64,000 nucleotides of DNA from assembly GCA_000708835.1 (NCBI GenBank), contig DF236992.1:232916-296915 (forward strand), given 5' to 3'. The translations under genes were made by a program, and so were the position numbers. Numbering within the stretch: position 1 is the first letter of the stretch; the number at the start of each line of letters is the position of its first letter. The stretch comes from Klebsormidium nitens. Taxonomy: Eukaryota; Plantae; Klebsormidiophyceae. The notes beneath the pieces were generated by a model, which searched no databases, was not told the origin of the DNA, and saw only the letters and a list, made by a program, of their open reading frames with translations. Shown in pieces: positions 37,909 through 51,600 of this stretch.

Positions 37909-39615
37909 TGTTGTGAGAGAGGTGCCGATTCATTCCTGTACTGTCGTCAGTTGTTGTTCAGATGCGTATAGTGGTCAGCAAATGGAACTGACTTTTTAAA
38001 CGGCAGTCATCCGGCCGAGCATCCAAGGCTTGGCAGAGGGTGCAGTAGGGTGCGGTAGGGTGCAGTGTGTCTGAGTGCAGGAGTCATCGGACATTGTGAA
38101 TCCAAATACGCAACACTAAGATGCATCCCAATGCAAAAATTCGATTCGACCTTGGTGTGCGCCTTTTTTGCGTTGCACAGGTTGCTGTCAATCCGGCAAA
38201 ATCTCTCTGCATGGGTTAACAGTGAAAGCTGCTTAGTACTTCTTACATTTTATACGTGCTGCTGCTTTTCGAGACGGTCAGGTTAAGCCGACTTTCTGAT
38301 CGTTACCTGCCCACATTGGTTTTGAAACCAGGGAGGAAGTACGAACGGCCAAAGCTGCAGTGGGCAATGCAAGCTTGATGCCAGTTCCCCTTGAGCTAGC
38401 TTGCAAGTGGTCGTACACATCCAAGGCAATAGTTCTCATGGCCAGATCTGGGCTTCTGATGGACGGCACTTGAGGTGCGGCATGTGCGAGTCAGGTGGTG
38501 ATGAATGTGATGTTACGTCAAGATTCATTGCATCTTCTCGAGAATGTCGAGCAGCCATGTACGCGCCGGTCGCGAGCCCGCACAAAGTCTATGTTGTGGA
38601 ATCAAATCGTTAGCTCAGGTCTCACATGTGCCGCACAGGCAGGCCTACGAATTGCAAATGCTGAGGCTACGTAGAGTGCCGTCTTCATAACCATCATTCG
38701 ACAGTGACCGTCCGGTCATTGAAACCCCTATCATGCACGTGCATGGCGCGCGCTGCTGTGCAGACGTATGAGCGGTGATCCGACATGCCAGGCGCTGCCG
38801 GCCCAATACATGCATGCACTGGACAAGCTGTGGTAGATATGATTGCTGTGCAGTTTTCTGCGCGCCACGACCATTCTCAGGATGAGCATGCCGGAGAAGA
38901 TCTTACTTCAATCAACGTTTGCTTGGTATGACCCGCGCACCAAATCAAGCGGGCGGCACCAATAGACGGTGGCAATACATTATCATACGTGCTAGACTCT
39001 CAGTATGACAGCAGACACTCGAAGTTGGCTCCGACTTCAAAAGATGGGGTGACTCTGACGGCTAAGCAGGCCCCGGCAAGTATACTCATGCTATTATCCA
39101 AACGGTCGGACGTATACAGACTATGACCATGCACTCTACGGGATGACAAATAAACAGAAGAGAATTTGAGCAGGAATGCTCAGCCCGAGGAGACCATGCC
39201 CATGCAGCGACTTTGTCACAATTGAGTGAGATTTTCGAGAACACGAAACATCAAGATCACTTGGAGCGGCCTGACATTGCGACCCCAGATTGATCGATGT
39301 TGACAGCAGTCTTTCCAGGCAGTCTTTGAGGAGAATAACAGACCACCTGTGCGCGAAGGGCGGATCGTTCCCTTCCTCGCCGTCATAAACGCTTGCATCA
39401 TCCGCAACGCTTGAGGTTGTGGTTGGACATGGGGGATACCAAGACCTCGAGGAGAGTGATTCGAAAGGTTCTCGGATCGGGTAGCTGCTGAGCTGACAGG
39501 TTCCAAATGTCCTAGAGAAGTTAACCAGCTGCAAGAGATCCAAAGCCCAGCTGCTCGGACCTTTTGGGAACTCCTTACCAGCCAGCCTAGAAACCCGGTC
39601 TTGCGTTTAGGCAAG

Positions 39616-42600
39616 ATGGCCGAAGCGAATGTGCATTGCCTCTACGAAGATGAAGAAGGAAGAGTGCAGGAGGTTTTTGTGGAGAGGATCGGAAGTGACT
39701 TGGAGAACCTGGATGCACTGAGAGAGAGCGTGCTCTCGAGATTGGATGAGAAGGGCATAAGGCAAAAGGTGATTGATACACCGCCTACCCTTTCGTCTAC
39801 CTTAAGCAACAGAAAGAACTGTCTTCTCTTCCATAAAGGCTCCTCGCTTCGAGAGTTGCCGAAGTCTTTTGTAAGTAGAACAGCAAGCACTTCCTTCAGC
39901 TTTGTATGAAGAACTTGAGGATTTTCAAAACGTGATGACCTATGCTTGTCACTTGTTGCAGGAGTTCCTGGTCACCGATCTGAACCGGAGGGATCTTCTG
40001 GATGGTGATCTTGCAACAGCATTGAGAAGAGGCCAGCTAATCCTTTTCACTCAGTCAAGAGGTAGGGTTTTCTTCCGTTCCAATGTTCAACCTGCGTGCA
40101 GCCCCGTGGTTACAACGGTCGAGGCCCCTCCCTTGGTTTCTTGCGAACCAGTTTACCTGACATGTGAACAAGGAAACGAGACGGTGCCAAACCTACGTTT
40201 GAAGCTTCATTCTCCCACGACCAGCCGCCTAGAGATTGTTGCTTTCTCTGATCTCTGCAAGCAATAAACGGCAGATTGAACTCCTGCTTGTCTTGTATGG
40301 TATGGCAGACTTGCCCATTCCGGAGGGATCAGCAATATCCACGCCGCTGCGCTTTGTACCAAATCACAAGAGCCTGACCAAACGAGGCCAGGAAACATAC
40401 ACAAGTGAGCAAATGTTTTCAATGACATGCCTTCCAAGATCTGGAAAACTCCTTTTCCTGTTCCGCCTCCTTTCTGATCGTTTTCACATCGAGACTTCCA
40501 AGAGGGTTGCTTCGTCTTTTGGTCTTCTCTTTAGAGACCTCTCTTGTCTGACTCGATCTGCGCACATGGTATTATCTCACGTAATATTTTTCCAGGGGCT
40601 TGTTGACAAAAGTTCTGAACGGATACAATGCCATGGAAAAGTAAGGAGGAGTTTTGGAAATTTGCATGAGAGTTTCCAATGCAGAGTTTCGAAATCAGAC
40701 GTCTACAGAGGCCTAAAAGAAAGTGCTTTGAGTACAAGAAGAGACGATGCTCAGCTTTTCCATGTATGAGGAGCTTGCGTGCAATCAAACACTCAGCCAT
40801 TGAATATTTTCACTGCTTCTGTCTTGCAGCTGAGGATGGAAAGAGTTCCCTGGTCAGCGCAGCCGGCGAGCTCATCGACAATGCTGCAGATGCATCATTG
40901 TGGAATCCTGCCGAAGGACTGAGAAAGTGGGTCAAGATTGTATTCTGCGAGACCCCTCGACGCAAGGTATGTCGTCACAAAGAAAATTGAAGTCTTCAAA
41001 GATCCTTCCTAAGCAGAAAGCGGATCAGCGACCCAGTCTGCATTTGATGTGCTACATTACCCAAATGCGTCATCTTGCAACTCAGGACTCCAACTCCAAG
41101 GTCTCCGAGGAAGCTGTGAAAGACCTTCTTTACATGAAAAGTAGAAGCGCACTTTCTCATGGTCACACGGTAGTGTGCTCCGCCTTGATTTGTTGACGAA
41201 GCTCTCTAGGCAATATAACATTGTAGAGGAACGGAAGGTTTCAACTCCGTGTTGAGGCTGAAAGCCTGATGTCCCTCTAATCATGTGCAGCTCGCCCTGG
41301 CAGTCTTCGACAAAGGCAAAGGTTTTGAGATAGACGACTTCGAGGCCTTTGCGACCATGAACCTGAGCCAGGAAGATCGAGGCAACTCCCAGAAGCCTGC
41401 CGATGAGGACTCGGAGAGTCTGTACACGTCTGACAACCAGATCTCATTCCACGGGGTGGGCGCGAAGACCGCGCTGTTCTTTGCGGGGCCTGAGTTCCAC
41501 ATCATAAGCAGAGCCGCGGGTTGCACGGGCGAAGAAGTGACTCACTTCTCGATGTCTGAGGTGCGTGAAGCTTCCTCTTCGTCACATTTTACGAAAGTTA
41601 TTGCAGATAGAGACACGACTGGGGCAAATAAAAATAACCGAAGGGGAACTGCAGTCCCGACTTTTCTTCAGACCGAAGAAAGAACGAGCGCAAAATCTTT
41701 GTTGAAAGATCAATCTTTCCGCTGACAATGAAAAGGACCTCTTCGTCCTGATATGACCAGTGGGAATAGGGTCCGTTCAAGCTGATTCTAATTTGAAAGT
41801 TCGACTCCGAACCATTTCTGAAGGGGTATCGTCGCTTTTGTCTTTCCATGCTTCTTCTAAATTAGATAGCTAACTCCATCATGTCCATTGTCAGAAATTT
41901 CAATCTGACCTGGTTGGTGCTCTCGTGCAGGTCGAATTTGAGAGGCGCCAACGAGAAAATGCCCCTGTTTACGAAGGTAGCTCTTCGTTCCTTTCCGTCC
42001 TGCGGCCCTGATTCTTCGAATCAACTGAGATTCTCGCAGCTTGTTGGACCGCTGATTCTATTCACTTCATCCACTGTCGAGGCGGCTCTTGATTCTGGAT
42101 TATTGTATACTGCGAGACCAAGATCCTTATCACCTGCCAGATTTTACAGGTCTGAAAGAGAGAGACTCAGAATATGTTCGGAACCGTCACCGTCGATCTG
42201 CCTGCAGGCAATGCGTCAAATATCTCGAGCCTCTGGGAGATTTTGGAGACGATCATCCCTCAGGCTAAGACGAACCTGCCGAACATTGATGAAGCAGTGG
42301 CTGAAGTGGCTTCGCTGAGGCATTTCACGGTAAGTGTCCCTGAGTTGCGTCTGCAAGTCGACCGTCCGTTCTGAACAAGAATATTTGTTGTGTTTTCTGC
42401 TGCAATATGATTCAGCTGACTCAGAGAAGACGATAGGGACACAGCACTATTGTTTACTCTTGTGCAAATAAAACAAGAGAATGCTTCAACTGACGACCTC
42501 CGTTTCTGTTCCAGATCATCGTTGTTCCAGAACTTTACGCGGCCCACTCCAGGGAGATCATCGGCGATCGAGGTTATGAGTTCAGCCGGCAACTGGCGGC

Positions 42601-45600
42601 TATGTTCTACTGGAAGATGCACGGCGTCGGGCGCCTACAGCCAGCTCTAAAGACGACATCCTCCGTGAAAAGGGAGTTGAACGAAAGCAAAAAGCTCGAA
42701 CTGCAGGTTAGAAGACGCGCATATTGTTTACTGGCATCTGTGAGAGCCCGTGATGACTTCTTGTCCTGAGCTGCGATCCCTGTATCATCTCGTTCTAATT
42801 CTATTTCAGAGTTAGTTAAAATAAAGCCTTTGCAGAGAAATCGCATTGTGGTAACATTGTGGCGAAAGCCCTAGATTCCTTTCCTATTCCTCGAGGGGAT
42901 GCTGCAGCATTGATGGACCGCAGACGCGTAGAGGCCTGGAACAGGACAATTTTTGTCTGTTTCAATTATGCAGTGTCGCTTTGTTAGGTTAGATACGAAA
43001 AGGTGACGTCATTTGCCAGCAAGTCGTGCGCTGCTCTTTCCCAAACACTCGCTAAAGCAGGAACGTTTTCGCTTCCGTTTACTAGGTATCCTTTTACCAG
43101 CAACAATCCAGTCGGAGGGCTGTTCCCGAGCTGCTCCCCGCACAGACGACTAGCTTTCCTGGAGAGGTCACGTGGCGGCTGAACGAACTGAACGCTGACG
43201 TCATCAGCCAGACGCTGGATCGTGCTTCACACCTCTTTGAGGTCACGGTCAAGCCCTTGGGGAAGTCGAAGGCTTACCTCCTCCACTTCTACCACAACAT
43301 GAAGGACGGGCGCGAGAGCCTTCCAAGGAGATACAACCCACCGGTGAGCACCTCCGGTTATTTCCCCCCCGCACTCTCTGTCCGCCTCGTTGGCAGCCCG
43401 TGAGCCAGATTGCTTCCACCGGTTCCGTCACAAGTACCATATACTCCTGGTTGTACCAACTGCATTGCTGGTCAAGCAGCTAGACTTATATCGCGCATTC
43501 GTAGCAGAGTCTCAGCTGATGGTTCTTTAGCCTTAGTGCACTCCGAGCCAATGAGCTGGCCAGGGAGTGGTGTTCAGAAATCGAGACTCGGACCTGTCGG
43601 CCGCGTCAACATAGGTTTCCAAACACGTTCCACAAATTGGGATCAACCCCAAGCGAACCTAAAATCTACTTCCTGTCTCTCTGCAAGGTGGTTCGACAGT
43701 GCGACCAAGACCGAGATGTCAGTGCTCACATTTCCCCTGCGTCAGGCTGGGAGTATGGGCTCCGTGCTCCTGAGACGCCGCTTTACGACCTGGTATTTTG
43801 GAATGGCCGTCTGGTTCCTCACACTCACTTGCACGGCCTCAGCAAATTCAGGTCTGCTACGAAGAGGGTCTCCGATGTGCACTCCGACTGCCTCAGAAGG
43901 TGAGCCAGTTCTACCAAGCGCCAGAAAGTTTGTAAAAGGACTGGCATTCTATTGAGTAGCTAAAATTCAAAACAACATGCGTCCTATCCGCTTGATTTTG
44001 TCTTCGACCGTGCATAGGCTTGCCCCTCTTCTTGCATGACGATTCGAGGCACGGTCTCTGATACGACTTCCTCCGTTCGACTGTGACGATGCATCCTGCG
44101 ATGCTAGTTGGTAATGCCCAGAGTGCCTACTCGATCGTCCTCAGGATCAATCTGGATTCTGACTATTGCTCTGCTTTTTGAAGTGCCGGAAGGCCAGTCC
44201 TTACATCGCAAGTCCTTTCATCGCAGGATCACCGGAATGCTCTTCATCAATGACAGCTACAGCATCGATCAATCAAAGCAGCACGTCTCTGAAGACTTGA
44301 AGGCCCTTTTCTTGGGCCTCCCTCACGACGAGACTATCTTCGAGCCCCGGGGAGCTTCAGAGTGAGTTTCTCTTTCATGAGCAGAATAAGAGTTTTGACT
44401 TGGAGAGATTGCTTGTGATCTATGATTAGACCCTATGCTGTAGAAAGACTTTCCTGTTGTTTTGAACAGAAATTCTGCTCCCACAAAAAACTTTCATTTT
44501 TGCGTAAATGCATCGGAGCCGCTTTGGCTCAAAGTAAGCAAAAGTAGCACTGTTCTTCCATTGCAACAGGCTGCTTTCCCCTCTTGTGTCAGTCAAGATT
44601 CCGGCTCCTAACGATGAGAGCTCAAGTATCCACCTTCAAATTCTGCAGGGCTTTCAACAAATGGGTTCGAGCATGCAGCAAGTTTGACGAGATTCTGACC
44701 TTCGAAGATCCGGACCGCGTTCACGACACGGACGCGCCCAGGACCCGATTCAAGCGCGTTAGCGTCGCCGGCAAAGAGAAACGGATTTTCGAGGTCGGAG
44801 ACAAGGTGACGTTCCGGAGGAGAGGTTTCAAGTTCTACGGAAGGATCGAGTCGCTGACCTGTCCTTGGAAGACTAAGGAGGACAAAACGGTCGGATCGAC
44901 AGGTACCGCTTCCGTCAGGCAGGCACCAGAGGTAAGAGCGTAAACAAAACCACTTTTTCCAAGCTAAGAACAACGTTGAAATGTAAGAAGAAGTTAATAC
45001 ATTCACCACGGTCATCAGCATTGAAGCATCAGAAATAAGTTTAATCCTTCTAACTCTGGACTGTCGGACTGGAGTCTCTTCGAAGTTGTGAGGGCCTTCT
45101 TGTATCATGCGAGACATTTATTGATTGCGTCTGCGTTACGGCGTCTTGAAGTTGAGAGAGGAAAAGAGCCCACTGATCGAATCATTAGCAAGATTTGAAA
45201 CGTCCAGAAGTCCTGGCAATGCGATCTCCAATATATACAGATGATGCACGATAGCTGTATAGAAGCCGTTTGAAGTTGAATAGCAAGGCGACCTCCTGAA
45301 TCACGTCTCTACTGATTGCATCATCCTCTGATGATCTACAGGAGCTCAAAAACTCTGCTGAAGTTCAGATCGATATCTACGACCTCGGATCAGTGCTGAA
45401 CGATTGCGAGTGGAGAGGTGTTCTTACGGAACTGCATGACAGACTCTGCGTAGAGACTTTCGAGCTCCTCTGGCTCACAGCAGATAACGCTCCCATGGAC
45501 GTGATGGGCCCTAGAGTATTCTCTGCGCCGATCAGCAACAAAACCGAGCGGTTCCGGCTAAGGGCCATCAATAAGCAGGGGTAAGCATTGATGATGTTAA

Positions 45601-48600
45601 TATCTCCGCCACTCACTGAAGGTGTTACATTTAGATCTGGTTTCATCTGTCAAAGAATAAATGTTCATAAGATCTCTCACAACTAGCGACTCGTCAGCGT
45701 ATACATTTGTCACTGTCAACACGGAAGGCTTGAAAATAGGAGACACAAGTCTGATGCCACTCCTCGTCTGATGCAAGGAACCGTAAGATTGACAACCGTC
45801 TTTATAGTTATGAAACCCATTTCGCATCTATCAAGGAAGCAATAGAAACTGGCATTGTCGTCGTTCCGAATCCCTTGCTTATAGCGAAGTGTATAGACCT
45901 CTGTTCCTCGTTTTGTTTTGCAGGGAAGAACTGCAGACGCATCAGGACGGTAAATGTTCCTTAAGAACCAAAGTCGTTCTCACAAATCTGGCAAGACCAG
46001 ACTCATGTCCGGTGACCCAATTCCTCTGCAACATCGGTCACGTCCTGAACCTACCCGCCATCCAGAAAGCGGGAAGCTACCTCGTCACTGCCTCACTCAT
46101 GGAGTACGGACTCTCGCCTCAACAGCCCCTCGAGGAGACTTTCCAGGTAAGAAGATGCTCATGGTAGCCTCCGCGAGGTGTCGCTTACTGTGGATTGAAG
46201 GCTACAACACAATCTGCATGTAAGTAATGATCACTGCAGAACGACTTCAGTGTTGGAGCGGCTCCAATCCGGCCTTGTTGGAGGGTTGTTTTCTTGTCAT
46301 GACGCGGCTGCTTCATAGCCGCCGTGGATTTGAAGGTCATCTGTCATACACTGTAGAATTGCTTTGCAGCAAGAGAAAGATCACTTGCCGATATCAACTG
46401 AACGATTGACGATGATGATTCGTGCTCCTATACGCATTCCATACATCTTCTTGTATTCAATGCTCCGAGAGCGACTCGCTTTTTTGTACCTTTTGTAACA
46501 TTACTTTGCTCTGGAACAGGTCAAGGCAGGACTTCCGGTCGCATTCTCTGCACGACCGCCGCAGATAGTCCTTGTCGGCCATACGTTCTGCCTCCGCCTG
46601 GTTCTTCAAGACGCGTCCAAAAACGACTTCTCTGACGAAGATGGCCTTCGCGACCTGCTGCCCACATTTCGACCAGAGCTTCAAGCTGTGCAGGAGGGCT
46701 TCGCTTTCCACGTGGACCAGATGAGCGTGCTGATCGAGGATGGCTCCGTCTGCTTGCGAGGCGTCGTGGTGACGGTTTCTCTCACGAGCGTTCCGAGCCT
46801 TCTTGAGCTGGTCGTAGCTCTCCCAGGTTACAAGCAGCTTGATACCAGCCCGGCACGGTTGTCAGTTCAAGCTGGGCCAGACCAGACGCTAAGTTTCCTA
46901 GAGCTTCCTGAAGCCATGGAGAATGGCAGCCTTTTCAGCCTCACCGTGGAGCCAAGAGACGCGTACGGCAACCAGACCACCTTCATCAGGGGTGGCTCTG
47001 CACAATTGGTCGCACAATTTTCGCCGGGCCTTGTCACCGGTACGATAAGCCATGAAGTCAGCAGCAAAACCGGAAGAGTGGAATACTATGGACTGGTCGC
47101 CCTTGTCAAAGATCGTAGCGCTTGGGAGAATAGTCTCAGCGGAATCGTTGTAGACGTCACAGTGGGTTTGTGTGATTTCAACAAGTCGGGCACCGCCCTG
47201 GAAGCGCGAGCGCGCTCCCGCATTCTGCCAAGGCGCGCGCCGGCTGCGCTTGGTTTCCTCCCCGAGGGTCAACTCTACGGATCAACTGACGGGGGCCCTA
47301 TCGAGCTGGAGCTGCCTGCGGGAAGGAGTATCGAGAACTGGCAACTCCTGGCTTGGGACGAGGCGGGCCGTCAAGTCGAGGAGCTTGCGAGCGAGCCACA
47401 AGTGAGGATCTTAAGAGCTGGCGGCTAAACCGGATGCCTTCGATCTACGGCTCAACTGTGCAAGGCGTACTGAAACGATGTAGCGTCCAAGATCCTGGTC
47501 GTAAGTTAGTAAGTTCCACCTGGTCTGCTTCCTGTTCTTTTGTGTCGCTTTCGGCTGCTCAATAAGCTACTAGTGTGGATGAACCGAGCGTAAAGCCGCT
47601 TGGAAACGTCTTCTTACTTCCGTGTCACTTTGTTTGATTTCTGACTTCAAACCCTGAGAGTTATGCTCGCATGTGGCCGTTGTGATCCGAGTTGTTGTTG
47701 TAAAGATTCCTCCCCGACTGCCGTCGCGGGGAAGAAAAGTTCATTTGCGACAAAGTAAGACCTTTGAAGAGGAAATGCCAAGTATATTAAGAAAATTGCC
47801 ACATGAGGAAACAGCAACTGTATCAAATGATTTCAAGATTCCGCAGTCCAACTACTGAGGTCTAGGGTCGTTTCTATGCAGCCCTTCAACTGCTCTTGGA
47901 ACCAGACCTGCGATCTGCGAACCGGAAAGCTGCCGCCGTACCGCATGCCCACGTCTGCCAGCAAACCGCCGGAGCAGCTTCTACTGACGTGCAACAACTC
48001 AAGCCTCTGCTGTCGCACCGCCCTGAAAGCCCAGCCCCTTGAACCCTCAGCCTGGGTTTGCGAGGAGAACGGAACGGATGGTGCCGCGGGCCAGCTGATC
48101 GTGCCGTGCGGGCAGTCCCTTGGGCATCGCCTGCGCATCTTTCTTGGCGACGTCTACGGGAATGCGTGTCAGCCGCCTGTGGAGGTTGCAATGCCACGAA
48201 TCTCTCTGCGTGACGAGCGGGTCTCAGGGGATGTGACTAGGCAGGGCTGGACTCCCCAGCGTGACGGAGCTGTCTGGTATCTGCCCGCTGCGAGACTACT
48301 GGGAAAACATGGTTCTGTTCTTCAGTTGAGGGTCGACGATGAGAAGGATTCCTACAAGAGCGCGCTTCTAGAGATTCGTCTCGTCAGGGTAAGGCTTTGA
48401 CATTTCGGTACCAAATGCTTGGCAGAAAGAAGAAACGTGCAGAATTTTACCACTCTAATGCCGAATGCGGCTTTCCCAATATGGAAGAAACTTGTGGCAT
48501 CAGCTGTACAGGTACGTACCGTTTGAGAAAAGTAGCAGCCAGGATCTGACAGATCTCCAAAGCCCTTCACTTCCTTTCAACTCAAGGTCATTTTGAGGAG

Positions 48601-51600
48601 GGCAATCTTGAGTTATCTCTGTAGATTGCTGATCGGGTTCTCGACGTGATGACGTTTCTCAGGTCAGACGAATGCAAGGGATGTTCAGACTTGACGCTTG
48701 CTTTCGTGCTTCAGGGTCTTCCGCATCATGTCGGCATCAGCCTTGATCCTAGCCCCGGCCCCACTCAGATGGAAGTTCACTTTCCGGTGAAAGATCGGTA
48801 CCGCTTTTCAGTCATTCGAGCAAGCATCAACGATGAGGCCGACAACAAGCTGCAAGTCAAGGGGAGGGTCCTAATTTCTACCGATGACGCCGACACGGAC
48901 GTGAGCGTCCCGGCTGCAAGAAACAGCCCCGACCGGCCGTGCTCACTTGTTGGCTTCAATGCGGACGCCGTCTTTGAAGACGTTCTCTTCGAGTGCACAG
49001 GGATGAGAGGCAGCGAACTCGAGAGAAGGGTGCTCAAGTTTGACTCAGACGGGGTGGAAAGCGGAAGACTCGTTCTTTCAGTGTCGCCTACGGACACCGT
49101 CGCAAGTCTTCATGCCTGGTTGGACTTCGATTCTGTGGAGAACTCGCCCCAGCAAGAGAGCGACCTCGATGCAAAGTCTGTTGCCAGTGGGAGCCGTCTT
49201 TCTTGCATTCGACTGCGGCTTCTGAATTCAGCAGGCAAAGACACGGATCTGAGCGGAGTGCTGCCGGAGCGGAGCCTTGAGTTCACGCTGCTATCCCCTT
49301 CCCGCCAAGTTCTGTTGCCCAACCCGTCTAACGAACTCAAGTCCAGAGTTCTTCAGAGTGGAGAGTTCGTCTTTGAGCCTTCCAAACCGGATAAGTTGAC
49401 GCTTACAGAAGCCGGATCGCACAGTCTGACGGCCGTGTACACCGAGCGCCGCTCCGATCTGCTTCCAAACCTTCAGGAGTGCGATCGCACGGTGGTGAAG
49501 AAGCTGTTTCTTGAAGTGATTCCGGGCAACCCGCACCAGCTTCAGATTGCTGAGAAGCCCGAGGGGCCCCTCCTTGTTCATGTCGGAAAGGAAGACGAGG
49601 GCGAACTTGTCGAGTGCCTGCCGTGCCTCTCTGTCCGGGTCGAGGACTGCTTTGGAAACCTCGTGCCTGCGGGTCTCTGGAACGAGCAGATTTCAGCTGA
49701 GGTCATCTCAAAAGATCCCTCGGTTGGAGCACCAATGCTGGACGACTCAGGCTGCACGGTGAGCTGCGGGGCCGACGGGTGCGCGCATTTCAGGACTCTG
49801 TCTTTCTCCTTAGAAGGATGCACCAGAGACGGGACCGCGGCTTGCAAGCTGCGCTTCAAGTCTGGTCAGCTCGTGCCGGCGGAGACTGTGCTCCTGGTGA
49901 CAAACGATTCCGCTCTGAGACGAAAGATCGCCGAGTGCACGGAAAAGCGAGCGAAGACGTCTAGAATGGCCTCCGAACTGGAAGAAAGTCTGCTTCAGGC
50001 GGAGGCGGACCTCCGAAACTGTCTGAACAAGAAACGGGATAGTGAAAGAGCAGCCGAAGATATCAAGTCGAGGCTACCTGCAGCTGATACAGAAGCCCTC
50101 GCGCGAGGCCAACGGGCTGACGAGCTGATTCGTAATCATCAGAGAGCTCGCGATGCGCTGCCACAGGAGCGCAAGGCGCGCGCTGGATGCACCGTCGAGA
50201 GCAAAGTGTCGGGGCTGCTAGGTTTTTATGGCCTGTTGTGTGATTTGGCGGAGATCGAGGACGATAGCAGGGCACGTGTCATTTCCTGGTACTTTGGACA
50301 GAGTAGGCTCGAGATGGTGGTCTGCCGCTCGGACGCCATCATGGCCCTAGCTGACGTGGATGACGGGTTTCGCGTTCTCGATAGTTCGATGGTGAAGTCG
50401 TTTGTGCCAGCGGGGGCAGGCAAGCTGCAGCTCACGGTCCCACACGGAAACCAGAGCCTTCCTGAGGTAAGGAGTCCAGTCCACAACTTGATGTCATCTC
50501 CCTAGGTCGCTGAGAATGCTGTCTTAGTAAGGATAAAGTTCTTATATTCTAAGCTGCATCAACATACGACGATCGGTCTGCTGAAAGCATCCCATTGACC
50601 GGCAGGACAGCTTTCTGCTTAAACATAAGAGGCAAAGTTGCTTTGTATTCAAGCTGGATAAAGTCAGAATTTTAGATTCAAGACAGTCTATGCGAAGTCC
50701 TATTGGCATCAATCTGCTTCTTTTTCGATCTTCGTCCACTTCCTGTTGATTCGGAACTCTCGACCTCATGCAAGAAGCTGAACTCCAGGAATATATTGCT
50801 CGACTTGGTCAGGGGTTTTAAAAACTTCTTTCTCCAGATGAAGATCGTTGTTCCTGCTCGTTCTCCCTCAATCGGCCAGTAAGACGTGACTGCATCTGGA
50901 AAGCCCCTCCAGATCGTCGTTCAACTCCATTTCAACGCTACATCATGCGACGTGAGATAATCATTAGGGGCGATCGATTGCAGGTTTTGCAAGGCGTTCA
51001 ACCGGAATTGGCAGTCAACGTCCTTCGCCTGCGGGAGGAGCACGAAGCCTTTCGTGCATCCGTCTTTTGGGCGCTTCTTGGTAACACCTTGCTGCTGCCC
51101 AAGAAAGTCGACGCCATCGCTTACAGGAGGTTCCTAGTTCGGGTACGTTGTTACTACAGAAACTTTCTGCCTCGAATATCTAGTGTCACGAGGTCAAACC
51201 TCTGAAAACTCCTGTTGCGCTCTTAGCTGCGTGTCCAGTTGAAGGTAAGTACACTACAGTTTAGATCAAAGCGAACAGATGCTGCTGATTCAGCTGCTGC
51301 TGATTTGCTACCTGATGGCTCCTGGCACACCGAATAAACATGTCTCCGTTAAAGTTCCATTGCTTGCGCAAGGTCGCGCTCGGACTCTTTGGGATGTTGT
51401 GAGCAGATTAGCTTACTCGGTTCAGATCGGTCTATTACGCTTCATTCTCCCCGTTAATCGGACTCGATCTGGATGTTTCAATCTTTGGGGGATAAGTGAG
51501 GAACGCGAGTTGAATTTGAAAAGAGCAGTACTAAACTCTCTAACTTGACAACTTTTTGGAGCGGATACTCCGCAACATGGTTTAACCAAAATTACTTGTC

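Noticed and set aside
39136-39614. Two minus-strand ORFs (132-135 aa) upstream of SMCHD1
   Set aside because: No recognisable motifs or supporting exon chain; probably promoter or UTR sequence.
42150-42264. Alternative SMCHD1 frame containing YVRNRH (resembles SMCHD1 YIRNRK)
   Set aside because: This frame ends in TAA. The acceptor at 42208 keeps the ORF open into the following conserved exon.
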